Source of the DNA: Eledone cirrhosa
Lineage: Eukaryota
Assembly: GCA_964016885.1 (NCBI GenBank)
Contig: OZ024759.1
Span: 16,244,001-16,308,000, forward strand
DNA: 64,000 bases
Direction of reading: 5' to 3'
Part shown: piece by piece, positions 1-11,122 of the stretch
Layout: the number at the start of each line of letters is the position of its first letter
Numbering within the stretch: position 1 is the first letter of the stretch
Notes under the pieces: generated by a model
Database searches by the model: none
Seen by the model: the letters and a program-made list of their open reading frames with translations, nothing else
Told to the model about the DNA's origin: nothing
Translations under genes and position numbers: made by a program

Positions 1-527
1 TGTGCTAATTCTGCAGTGACCCCTTTTGTTGCTGTGTAAATGCAGTGCCACCCAGCATTTGTGCTAATTGCACTATGAACTCCCTTCTGCTGCAGCTGTG
101 TTGCCACGTTGATTTTGTCATCTCAACATCCCTACGTGGTTTTCACACAATGGACTACATCGTTCCTTCAGACTGACATGTCTTCCCCATCCGTGACGTA
201 ATTCGTGAACAGACTTACAACATACATCGCCCCACAACACCTTCTTAATCCTTTCGCATACAGGATTTCCGCAATCAGCACACTGACACTGTTACTCCTG
301 GATTCAGCCTGCATATGTTCCACGTTTCCAGTAGATGAACAATCATTCTCCGAGAATAAGGGATTTCAAAAAGTACACAGCAACATTCCTCAATCTTTGC
401 ATATGCATTTTGCTATTTCACGTTTCCTACCCCGTGCAACTCCGGGTCTTGCTGCTAGTATATATATAATTCGTTTTTGAATTTGTTTTGCAAGATTTCT
501 TATCTGAAAAAGTGTTGAACAGAGATC

Positions 528-822
528 GTTATACTTTGGGAGGCTCATGTTGTCAATAAAAACACACACACCTGTTGGTTTTCACTTCAATTTATTATAA
601 ATTTCCAGTTGGTTGATTGATTCGATAACTGGAAGGACAGAACAAAGGAGAGACAAACCTTGTCACTGAGGAAGTCACAGAATGTGACGAAAGAGCTTTG
701 ACAATATATATAAACAACCTTCCAGTTATTCAACCAACCAACCAGACATTTATAATAAATTGAAGTGAAGACCAACAGATGTGTGTGTTTTTATTGGCAA
801 TATGACCCTCCCATAGTATAAC
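528..822. mobile_element. Fold-back element: ~105-bp imperfect inverted arms around a hammerhead, probably a Penelope pLTR remnant (copies 14403-14697, 29847-30139, 59359-59653; deleted in unit 4)
   Basis: 528-636 is the reverse complement of 718-822, and the element abuts (TA)n. Confidence 0.7.
660..704 (+). ncRNA. Minimal type I hammerhead motif (family A)
   Basis: ttgtca-CTGAGGA-a-gtcaca(gaa)tgtgac-GAAA-gagc-TT-tgacaa. Stems I and II are perfect 6-bp helices and stem III is minimal. Confidence 0.65.
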
Positions 823-969
823 TATATATATATATATATATAAATCTGAAATGATGTATCGGAGAAGTCAGGAAAATTAAACCTTGTGCATATCAACCCT
901 GATGGGACTTGAACACACAATCTTCAGCTCTGAAGGCTTATTATTATTATTTTAAAAAATTAAATAGGA

Positions 970-1315
970 AAGCGGGGTCTTTGGAGTGAGGTTACTCGAT
1001 ACAGTAGTGTGTAGTTTGGAGATGAGAGTCAGTCCAGGTAGAGCTGCTACTTCTCCAAATTGAGAAATCACAGCTCCAGTATTATGGGTATGTGGTTAGA
1101 ATGTTTCAGGAAAGAATTGCTGGACATATTTACAGGCAAAACCAACCTACTGGGGACCAAGGGGCAGACCCCAAGCAAGATGGTTGGATAACATCCATGA
1201 GCTTGGGTGATCTCGCTTGGGGATCCAGCAGGATCAATTGGAGACGGAAGTAGTGTTTGAGGACTCTATCTCCATGACCCTCTCAGGAATAAATGGTCGA
1301 AGAAGAAAAAGAAGC
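970..1315 (+). mobile_element. RTE LINE 3'-terminal fragment (present in each unit, partly deleted in unit 4)
   Basis: Decayed translation VELLLLQIEKSQLQYYGYVVRMFQERI...GRPQARWLDNI, ending in a (GAA)n-like tail. Confidence 0.6.
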
Positions 1316-1524
1316 AAAAATGTTTCAAATCATATGATTTAATATTAAAGAAAGTTGGTATACAGTAATTTACAGATATTGCCAGAAATGTCATGTTCTC
1401 TGGCGAATATTTACGAAGATAACCAGGACTGCAAGTCTCTGCTTCAGATAAAATATTGAATTATTATTATTTAATATATTTATTATACTTAGATATCAAT
1501 CAATGTTGTAGAATTTGTATACAT

Positions 1525-2690
1525 ACATCATATGATGGCTGCCCCCTCGTTATCGAGTATGGCCATTGCACGAAAAAAAAAAAAAAAAACATATATTAAT
1601 AATTAACTGTGCTGCAACCGAATGTGGCTTTTTAGCCAAGCCAATTATCTAAAATATCTTGCAGGGTTGGCAACCAAAACATTCACTGGTAACAGCCGGC
1701 TGTGGTTGGACTTCATGTACTTTTGCATGTCGTTTGAGCCCTTCTGCTGATCTACACTCTTTTCCACATGCTTGACAGGTATGATGAGTAGCATCTCTGA
1801 CAGCAGCCTGGTAGGCAACCACTGGTCTCACTTTATTAGAGCGAAGATGACTTTCGAGTCAAGCTTTGCTGAGGCAGAGTCTTGCACAGACGCTGCATGT
1901 CAGCGTCATAGAAGGACCTTTGTTGTCTGGAAATGTAACAGCAATGGCTTTCCTAACATCCCTTTTTACTTTCTCGTATGCGATTCGAGATGCTTCAAAA
2001 GCAACTTTCTCCTCATTTACACTCTTTCTCCATTTATTATGATCAGCAGCTACGCTTTCCCATGTATCAGCAGAGTTGTTAGCGTCTTTCAAGGAGGCTT
2101 TCAACAAATCCTTATACCTCTTTTTTGGTTTATGTGGAGGTCGTTTCCCTTTAACTAACTCTCCATAAAAAGAGTTCTTTTGGTATTCTAGAATCTTTAA
2201 GGTGGTGTCAATATGTGACCCAGGTCTCGCAGGCATAAAGAAGAGAAGAGAGCATACATGATTTGTACACCTTTGTCTTGCCAACCCCAGAGGCGCCTTT
2301 CTAGCTTTCCCAATCCTGAGTGGAATTTCATTATCAACATTGCTGTATTAATTGACAGTGCTTCCCAGGTAGACAAACTGATCAACCACTCTAAGTCGTT
2401 TACCATACACATAGATATTTCGTTCACTGTACTGCTTAGTGAGCATCTTATTTCCATGAGAATTCCGTTGGACAAAGGAAGGTATGCAACCCCGGTGAGT
2501 GTGTATACTCCAACTATGAAGTCTGTTGATGAGGAAAAAGTATCTTTCTACCATGCTTTGAAAGGTGTTATGAGAAATATCCCTCAGGTAGACAAGGTAA
2601 TCGTGCAGGGTGACATTAATGCTAGAGTGGGTACAGATTTTAACACATGGACTGTATTCGGAAGGCTACAGCCAGCCATTCAGTTGAGAA
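1525..2690 (-). mobile_element. RTE (BovB-like) LINE remnant with inverted 5' segment (copies ~15400-16569, 30835-32002, 45470-46660, 60355-61515)
   Basis: The minus strand 1525-2432 encodes the RT thumb and C-terminus (VDQFVYLGST, LLYACETW, KPKKRYKD, C-terminal C2H2-like knuckles). The plus strand 2435-2690 encodes part of the AP endonuclease (VSVYTPT...GDINARVG). Confidence 0.8.
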
Positions 2691-2916
2691 AAAAATCTTA
2701 TAAATAATAACATTATCAATAATTATTAATTAGTGTTATCGTGCAATGCCCATGCGTGAAGATTTTCAAACATACATATATATGCATACAGAGACCTGAT
2801 TTCAGATAGAACTCATCAGATTGGACCAAGTCTTTCCCATTGCTAATACTATCTACCGGTTGCAACTCAACTCCGGCATATATGTTATCATAGAATCACT
2901 TTTGAAATAGGTACTG

Positions 2917-4404
2917 TTAGCCTTCAGTATGAGGACATACATGTTTAATTAAGTGACATGTTTGAGAAAATGATTTACCACAGATATCACAATGATATGG
3001 TCTCTCTCCTGTATGAATGCGTTTGTGTGTAGTCAAGTGACCTGATGCAGAGAAAGATTTACCACAGAATTCACAGTGATATGGTTTCTCTCCTGTATGA
3101 ATGCATTTGTGTTTAGTCAAGTGACCTGATACAGAGAAAGATTTACCACAGATATCACAGTGATATGGTCTCTCTCCTGTATGAATGCGTTTGTGTTTAT
3201 TTAAGACACCTGATGCAGAGAAAGATTTACCACAGATATCACAGTGGTATGGTTTCTCTCCTGTATGAATGCGTTTGTGTTTAGTTAAGTCACCTGATTC
3301 AGAGAAAGATTTACCACAGATATCACAGTGATGTCGTTTCTCTCCTGTATGAATGCGTTTGTGTTTAGTTAAGTCACCTGATGCAGAGAAAGATTTACCA
3401 CAGATATTACAGTGATATGGTTTCTCTCCTGTATGAATGCGCTTGTGTGTAGTCAAATGACCTGATTCAGAGAAAGATTTACCACAGATATCACAATGAT
3501 ATGGTTTCTCTCCTGTATGAATGCGTTTGTGTGTAGTCAAGTAACCTGATGTAGAGAAAGATTTACCACAGATATCACAATGATATGGTTTCTCTCCTGT
3601 ATGAATGCGTTTGTGAGTTGTTAGGGTGTGTGTTCTAGAGAAAGATTCACCACAGATATTACAGTAATATGGTTTCTCTCCTGTGTGAATGCGTTTGTGT
3701 TTCGTTAAGACATCTGATACAGAGAAAGATTTACCACAGATATCACAGTGATATGGTTTATCTCCTGTATGAATGCGTTTGTGACTAGTCAATTCACTTG
3801 ATACAGAGAAAGATTTACCACAGATATCACAATGATATGGTTTCTCTCCTGTATGAATGCGTTTGTGTCTAGTTAAGCCACTTGATACAGAGAATGATTT
3901 ACCACAGATATTACAGTGATATGGTTTCTCTCCTGTATGAATGCGTTTGTGTTTAGTCAAGTAACCTGATACAGCGAAAGATATACCACAGATATCACAG
4001 TGATATGGTTTCTCTCCTGTATGAATGCGTTTATGTTTAGTTAAGCCACTTGATACAGAGAATGATTTACCACAGATATTACAGTGATATGGTTTCTCTC
4101 CTGTATGAATGCGTTTGTGCCTAGGTAAGTCCCTTCGTCTACAGAAAGATTTACCACAGATATCACAGCGATGTGGTCTCTCTCCTGTATGACTGCATTT
4201 GTGTCTAGTTAATTCAGCTAATCTAGAGAATGATTTACCACAGATATTACAGTGATATGGTTTCTCTCCTGTATGAATGCATTTATGTTTAGTTAAACTA
4301 CCTGATGCAGACAATAATTTACCACAGATATCACAATGATATGGATTCTCTCCCATATTAATACGTTTATGGGCAGTGAAGTTACCTCTTGTAGACAATG
4401 GCAT
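2917..4404 (-). CDS. Tandem C2H2 zinc-finger protein, copy 1 (17 intact fingers plus 1 degenerate)
   Basis: 28-aa repeat C-x2-C-x12-H-x3-H with TGEKPY linkers. The track ORF 2917-4500 starts at GTG; the first in-frame ATG is at 4404. The ancestral N-terminal leader upstream (to ~4663) is frameshifted. Confidence 0.85.
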   Translation of the reverse strand: MPLSTRGNFTAHKRINMGENPYHCDICGKLLSASGSLTKHKCIHTGEKPYHCNICGKSFSRLAELTRHKCSHTGERPHRCDICGKSFCRRRDLPRHKRIHTGEKPYHCNICGKSFSVSSGLTKHKRIHTGEKPYHCDICGISFAVSGYLTKHKRIHTGEKPYHCNICGKSFSVSSGLTRHKRIHTGEKPYHCDICGKSFSVSSELTSHKRIHTGDKPYHCDICGKSFSVSDVLTKHKRIHTGEKPYYCNICGESFSRTHTLTTHKRIHTGEKPYHCDICGKSFSTSGYLTTHKRIHTGEKPYHCDICGKSFSESGHLTTHKRIHTGEKPYHCNICGKSFSASGDLTKHKRIHTGEKRHHCDICGKSFSESGDLTKHKRIHTGEKPYHCDICGKSFSASGVLNKHKRIHTGERPYHCDICGKSFSVSGHLTKHKCIHTGEKPYHCEFCGKSFSASGHLTTHKRIHTGERPYHCDICGKSFSQTCHLIKHVCPHTEG

Positions 4405-4468
4405 TTTACAGATAACACAGTGATACAGCTTCTTTCTAGTGTGAATAGATTTGTGAGTAGTTAAATTA

Positions 4469-4618
<150 letters not shown>

Positions 4619-4949
4619 TCATCAGGGAAATCATTCTTTCTAGAATGATTCTCACATTTCCATAATTTGTCTTCTCTCACCTCACAATAAATATATAATC
4701 CTTTACATCTTATTATTAACAAGTATTTCTATTGTCATATTTCCACCAGTTGCGAATGATGTTGATACCTGAAGACAAGGAAGACACTATTGTATTATAA
4801 TTGGATTTCCAAACAGTGAAATAAAAAAGATTTGGCTATGAATCTTCCCGAGGGTAAATACTCCAAAGATTTATATAAAGGATTTTATATCTCTTCTGGT
4901 CTTTAAAAGATGATAAATATTCATGATTATACCAATGTTATCCAATACT

Positions 4950-4985
4950 CTGAAATAAGAAAGAAACAGTATAAGATATAAAGGT
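4950..4985 (-). promoter_or_regulatory. Candidate splice acceptor for the ZNF exon (second candidate AG at 4769-4770)
   Basis: Minus strand tatatcttatactgtttctttcttatttcAG. A homologous tract tatatcttatactgtttctttatcatttcAG precedes the plus-strand ZNF at 10901-10931. Confidence 0.55.
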
Positions 4986-5044
4986 TACTTTAAAGTAGAA
5001 ATTTAATGGTGGAAATAATACCACATTTCAATATTAATGAGAAT

Positions 5045-5147
5045 TGTTGATATAATTTATATCAACATTATATATTATTTATATTAACTCTTTTGTGTTC
5101 AGGGGAAATTTTATATTATAAACCTTCCCCTGAACACAAAAGAGTTA
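5045..5147. repeat. Two adjacent hairpins (11-bp and 23-bp perfect arms) upstream of the minus-strand ZNF
   Basis: tgttgatataa-t-ttatatcaaca (5045-5067) and taactcttttgtgttcaggggaa...ttcccctgaacacaaaagagtta (5085-5147), present in units 1-4. Confidence 0.85.
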
Positions 5148-5318
5148 GGACTCCTCCTCAGTTGTGTCCAAGACATGCCAACCTCCCTATTGCAGGTGCC
5201 ATGATAAAATGCAATACACATATATACACATTATATATACTCTCGGGTCCCAAATAATAGGGAGAGGGGTTAGAAAATCGCAAATTTTTCTAGGTTGTCT
5301 CCACGATTAATCCAGATC

Positions 5319-6575
5319 CATGAGAAGAATTAGCCACTATAGTTAGCTTTTGTTGATCTGGAGAAGGCCTTTGATAGGGTACCCCGATCTGTCATCTGGT
5401 GGTCCCTAAGGAAACTAGGTGTAGAGCAATGGCTTGTGAGGACACTGCAAGTTATGTACAGGGGTGCTGTCAGTAAAGTGAGAATAGGAATGGAGTTTAG
5501 TGAGGAATTCCGGATACAAGTAGGTGTACATCAAGATTCTGTCCTCAGCCCACTCTTGTTCATTATAGTCCTCCAAGCCATAACGGAGGAGTTGAAGACT
5601 GGATGCCCATGGGAACTTCGCTATGCTGATGATCTGGTTCTTATAGCAGAATCAGTAAAGGAGCTAGAGAATAAATTCTGGCTATGGAAACAGCAGTTGC
5701 AATCAAGAGGAGTGAGAGTGAACATAGCTAAGACAAAAGTGTTGATAAATAGAAGAGAGCACAATACTCTGATTCCATCAGGGAAATGGCCATGTTCGAT
5801 ATGTAGGAAAGGAACTGGCATAAATTCCATAAAATGTACACAATGGAGATCTTGGGTACACAAGAGATGTAAGGCAGGGAAAACTATGTATGCACTAGAT
5901 GCACAGGGAAAGTTGGCAGTAGTAATCGCTGTGATAGACTTGTTTTTCCAATGCAGGTGGGTTCTATAGAAGTGGTTGATAGCTTCCAGTACCTAGGTGA
6001 TCAGATTAGCATGGGAGGGGGGTGTTCTGAGGCCATAGTATCTAGAATAAGGACGGATTTGAAGAAGTTTAGGGAGTTGCTTCCTCTGTTGACAAAGAAG
6101 GGTTTCTCCCTGTGTATGAAAGGATGGTTATATGATGCCTGTGTGAGATGCGCGATGCTGCATGGTAGTGAGACATGGGCAGCAACTGCAGAAGATATAA
6201 GACAGCTGGAGAGAAATGAAGCAAGTATGCTCCGTTGGATGTGCGTGAACGACCAAGCATAGACGAGTTGAGAAAGAAACTGGGTATAAGAGGGATAAGT
6301 TGTGGTGTGCAGGAGAGAAGGCTGAGATGGTATGGACATGTGATGCGCATGGAGGATGACCGATGGGTGAAGAAGTGCCAGGAATTCCCAGTGGAGGGAA
6401 GACGCAGTAGAGGTAGATCACGTAAAACATGGGCGGAGGTGGTGAGAGCAGACCTCAGATTGCTGAAACTCACCGAGGAGATGACGAAGGACCATGACAA
6501 GTGGAGGGATGCTGTGCTGAATAGGACCCGTCCAACCCTTGTAAGCAGGGAAAAGCGAACGTAAAATGATGATGA
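5319..6575 (+). mobile_element. 5'-truncated RTE-clade LINE (decayed reverse transcriptase and 3' end)
   Basis: LAFVDLEKAFDRVP, GVHQDSVLSPLLF, YADD, FQYLG and RLRWYGHVMR motifs with frameshifts, followed by an (ATG)n tail. Confidence 0.9.
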
Positions 6576-6578
6576 TAT

Positions 6579-6680
6579 GGAAGCGGGTGGCCTAATGGTA
6601 AGGGTATTGGACTTCTGACCATAACGTTATGGATTCAATTCCTGGACTGGGTTGTGTGTTGAGTTCTTGAGCAAAACATG
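6579..6680 (+). mobile_element. tRNA-derived SINE head (copies ~22138, 36996, 51775)
   Basis: A box TGGCCTAATGG and B-box-like GGATTCAATTCC at tRNA spacing, followed by ttcttgagcaaaaca. Confidence 0.7.
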
Positions 6681-7928
6681 TTTGAACCATATCCTTGTGG
6701 TTGTGTTTATAGAAAATTATTTATTTCCCATTGCAATTTCTCATAACATTAGATCATTTGCAATATTTAGCAAAACATTTCATTTCACTTTACTACTACT
6801 GTTACAAATACGAAAGTTACTACTACTTCTATAGTAATTTTGGGGTGATGTATACGTCTGTCTCGATAAGATAACTACCAGATTTGAAAAAAAAAAAAAA
6901 GAAATTAGTAAACGTCAATATTATCGAGTAAACCACTCATGGTGTTGCTTGACCTGTCTCATGCAAATGAAACGGAAAGACGGCAGCACACCCTAGCCCC
7001 GTAATGTGGGATGGCTGTTGCTGCGGGTCTCTCTGTCAATTTGTCCGCAGGGCACGACTGAGGCTCCGCTCAAACTGGGGTGTAGTGTCTGTCCCTTCCA
7101 CATTGCTCCCTTTAATAGTGTTTTGTATTTATTAGATTTTTCTCAATTATTTTTATGTAGTAATTTACTTATTAAAAAAAAAAGTAATGGTTTCTAATTT
7201 AAGGACCAGGCCAACAATTTTAGGGAAGGGGCTAAGTCGTTGAAACACCCAAATGCGTTGCGACTACTTTATTTTATCGACCGCGTAATAATAATTTTTA
7301 TTAAGTAAGAGAAATTTGAAGGGAAGTAAATCTTGTTGCATATTGAAGAAGGACAGCACAATTTCTTTCCCTTTGATTGTTATTCTAATCTGTTTAAAAG
7401 TAACTTCACTACATAAAACCATTTCCGTTGCTAATTTTCTCCTTTTTCATAACATTTTAGTTTATTATATATATCGTCTTTTTTTAATGTATCATCGATT
7501 ACTTTACTGATTACAAAAGAGAGTATAACACTTCATTCAATTTCTGCGCATATTATCAATTACGATTTCATTTTTACATGTATATATACTTGAGTATAAT
7601 ATAATTATGCACATTACACGTGCTAGCAGAAAACCAGCTGGGGGGTGGACTTTCTGCTAGTATATATAATGCTTTTGTTTGTATGTGTGTGTGACTGTGT
7701 ATATATGTATGGGTGTGATCTCGTACATTGCCTCTCGCTCAATTTAATACTTACATATATATATATATATATCAATATAGTCAGAATTTCGGTAGATGGC
7801 GTCCCTCAGAGAAAATAGGAAGTGACAAACGTTTCCTTACATCTATTTTCTTTCTTTTCTGTCGTTTTATTGGATTCTTCCAAATTTATAGGCTTTTGTG
7901 GGGGAACTTTCAATGTTCTTATGTCTTT

Positions 7929-7990
7929 ACGGCCTGAAGAGCTCAGGCTATCATAACTGATAGTCCTCGGTGAAATATGTATATCGGCGT
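7929..7990 (+). ncRNA. Type I hammerhead ribozyme motif (family B)
   Basis: acggc-CTGAAGA-(gctcaggctatca taac tgatagtcctcggt)-GAAA-tatgtata-TC-ggcgt. Stem III is near-palindromic, stem I has one mismatch, and AATAAA follows. Confidence 0.65.
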
Positions 7991-8896
7991 TTTAAATAAA
8001 CCTGAATCAACTGAATATGTTCTCCGATCTTTTAATATATATATATAATGTATGTGTGTGTGTTTGTATGTATATATGTGTTATTATGTATATATATGAG
8101 TGTATATCTATATATATATTTTTTTATAATTCCAAGGTGTTAGTGGAATTATAATAGAAGGGGAAATCAAATTAATGTTGAAATACAACAGAGAGGAATT
8201 TCACATCTTACGACAACTGCCAACATTTTAAAATACTTCTGCGCAAGGATTCTATTTTTACGACTATGTTGTGCGGTCCTGTTTTAGTTTGTTTGATAAA
8301 AGCAAAACAGACTAATTAAAAATTGTATAAGCAGTTTAATGACTGAAAGCAGTAAAAATAATTTAAAATACAAATACAGTCTAGTAAATTAAAATTAAAA
8401 TCAAAATTAAAATTAAATTCTCCGACCGCAGCACAGCTGAAAAAAATAATATTCTTCCGCAGGCTACGAAACAAAGAAGTACTCGAAGTTCTTCAAAGAT
8501 TTAACGTTTTCAGGTTTTTTTTCTTTTCGTTGTCTTCCTGTATGTCAACTTTGATCATCCCGAAGGATTCTGAGTGTTTGGACATTCGACAACATCGATA
8601 CATGTCAATTAATCAATCGAGAGTGTCTGATGTACACAATAGCTCCCGCAATGTTTCATTCATTGTTGTTTATCAACCAAAAGCTTCGTGTTGTTCATTC
8701 CCTGTACGTCTTTTACAGAGCAGCTTTTTTTTAATACGAGCGAGACACGGTCAACCGACCAATCTTGACTCAAGCGGTACAATTCCCGTCTTACCCAAGC
8801 TAGCGTGGAAGATAGACGTTAAACGATGATGATGATGATATATACATATATGTATATATATATACGCACACACATTATATATATATATATATATAT

Positions 8897-9635
8897 AGGA
8901 ACGAGTAGGACCCCAATCGAAGGGTGAGAGCATAGGGTTCGGAGGGGGAGATTTGTAGGTAATAAATCCGAATCTCTCCTTGGTACCGAAGTCCTGATTG
9001 TCGCAATATCTGTCGTAGAAAAAAGTTCTCCATCTAAGTCTTTTCGCAAATAGATCGATTTTTTGCGTGAGCATCCGAAGGTCAAGTTTTTTCGGTGGGA
9101 CTGGGATGTTCTTGGTAGAGAAGTCGATGTTGTGTTTTCGCATGGTGCGGGTGAAAGAACTTGAGCTTAGCGGAAAAGTCTGGATACGGCGTGGTAGGGT
9201 CGGATAGTGCTCTACTACGGGAATAGGAGCTAGATAACGAAGGAAATGTGGTAAGGAACCAGGTGGACCATAACGCACCAAAGTACTCATTTCCTTCGTT
9301 ATATATATGAAAGGTAGAGTTAATAACTCTAATATATGTAGTAATAAACACAGTAAATCGGGTGTCTAATATTACGAGGGTTAAAGAACCACATTTGTTT
9401 GAAATATTTAACCATGAAGCAGACAGAATGATAAAAATAAAATTAAATTATACAGACCGTCTAAATAACGATTACATCTCTCGGACAGAGTAATCTGTTT
9501 CGCCCTGAGGGTGTTTGTAACAGATAATCCACGGGCATCATCAGCGAGAGAATCTGTATTAGGTGAATTAGTATGAGGTGTTTGTCGCATTTAATCAGAT
9601 TCTCTCGTTGATGATGCCCGTGGATTATCTGTTAC
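8897..9635 (-). mobile_element. Penelope-like retroelement 5' fragment (hammerhead pLTR, inverted pLTR piece and ORF N-terminus)
   Basis: The ORF from ATG 9143 (MRKHNIDFSTKNIPVP...DLFAKRLRWRTFF...ERFGFITYKSPP) resembles, from memory, Neptune-type PLE N-termini. 9517-9556 is inverted at 9596-9635 and the fragment ends in (TA)n. Confidence 0.75.
9477..9551 (-). ncRNA. Type I hammerhead ribozyme motif (family C, Penelope-associated)
   Basis: Minus strand reads UCUCUCG-CUGAUGA-U-GCCC...GGGC-GAA-ACAGA(uuac)UCUGU-C-CGAGAGA. All three stems pair, the core is complete and the cleavage triplet is GUC. Confidence 0.85.
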
Positions 9636-10852
9636 CCACTCCGTAGCTTCCATCAATTTTCATTGCACTGCACTTTTTTATACAGCTGTCGTCCTTCATA
9701 CGCATCACATTGCCATACCAATGCAATCTCCTCTCCAGAACACATTTGATACCTCTTATGCTTAGTCTATCTCTCAATTCGGTTATGCTTCGCTGTTCAC
9801 GCACATTACTATTACACATCCATCGGAGCATGCAAGCTTCATTTCTTTCTAATCGATGCAAGTCTTCAGGACATGAAGCCCAGGTCTCACTACCATGTAA
9901 TATCGCCGTTCGTATACAAGCATTATGCAATCTGCCTTTCACCTTTAGAGGAAAACCCCTTGTGGCTAACAGTGGTATTAGCTCTCTGTACTTTTTCTAT
10001 CCGTCAGGCTACTACATTCTCAGAGAACCCTCCACCATTGCTGATTTTGTCACCCAGGTAATGGTAAGTGTCTATTTCTATAGAACCAGCTAGGCAGTTG
10101 AAGGAGATAGCATGCAATGGATCATTGCTACTTACTGCACCTGAGCATTGGCCTCATATAAAATCTACATTCTTAGATAACTTACCTGTGATCCCACTAC
10201 ATCTTTTATGTACCCATAGTTTGCATTTGTGCATAGAATTCAATTTCTACCTACTCCTTTCTTACACACTGAGCATGGCCATTTCCCAGAGGGCACCTGT
10301 GCCCTATTCTCCTTTCTACATACTAGAACTTTAGTCTTAGACAAGTTAACTCTAAGGCCTTTTGATTCTAGGCTATGTTTCCATGTCTGGAACTTCTTCT
10401 CTAGTTCAGCCATGGATTCAGCTATGAGAGTTAGATCATCTGCATATAGAAGTTCCCATGGGCAGCCAGTCTTAAATCCTTCTGTTATAGCCTGTAGGAC
10501 AATAATAAATAGGAGGGGGCTAAGGACGGAGCCCTGGTGAACCCCTACTATTACGCTTAATTCTTCACTATATTCATTGTTAAGTCTAACCTTGCTGACT
10601 GTTCCTCTATATATGGCTTGTATAGCTCTCACAAGCCATTTCTACTCCTAGTTTTCTAAGAGCCCACCAGATTAAGGTGTGTGGGACTCTGTCAAAGGCT
10701 TTCTTCACATCAACAAAAGCTAAGTAGAGGAGTTTACTGTTAGCTAGGTACTTCTCCTGTAGTTGCCGTACAAGGAAAAGAGCATCCGTGGTGCTTTTAC
10801 CTGGCACAAACCCAAACTGCATTTCATCTAGATCAATTCGGTTCCTAATTGT
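9636..10852 (-). mobile_element. Second RTE-clade LINE RT fragment, opposite orientation
   Basis: QFGFVPGKSTTDA, AFDRVP, GVHQGSVLSPLLF and YADD motifs, frameshifted; the 3' end is replaced by the Penelope fragment. Confidence 0.9.
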
Positions 10853-11122
10853 GGTTAGGAGGAGAAGGATGGATATAAATCTGTATTTTGAAGTGTCTGC
10901 TATATCTTATACTGTTTCTTTATCATTTCAGAATATCTGATGACACTGGGATAAATGAACTACACTATTGACATCAGCGTGATTTGAACTCAGAGCACAG
11001 ACTACCAGAGTAAATACCGTAAAGCATTTCTATCTGTCATTCTGACTCTTTACTGGCTAAGAAATAAGAAATATAGAAGAAATATTTAAGAATAAAGTAT
11101 CAAAACAAAGAGAGGAAAAATT

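Noticed and set aside
5621-6500. Overlapping antisense ORFs across LINE fragments (also 9710-10540, 1772-2158 and their copies)
   Set aside because: They are shadow frames of decayed RT sequence, and their recurrence reflects the segmental duplication rather than conservation.
5319-6575. Active RT driving finger diversification (DGR- or retron-like system)
   Set aside because: All RT copies are 5'-truncated and frameshifted ordinary LINE remnants. There is no template/variable repeat pair or adenine-specific mutagenesis pattern.
6579-6650. Functional tRNA gene
   Set aside because: A and B boxes are present, but the cloverleaf stems do not pair well and the sequence continues into a SINE body.
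6985-7090. GC-rich patch with ctgagg, a possible further ribozyme
   Set aside because: No GAAA core or consistent stems were found, and the segment is partly replaced in unit 3.
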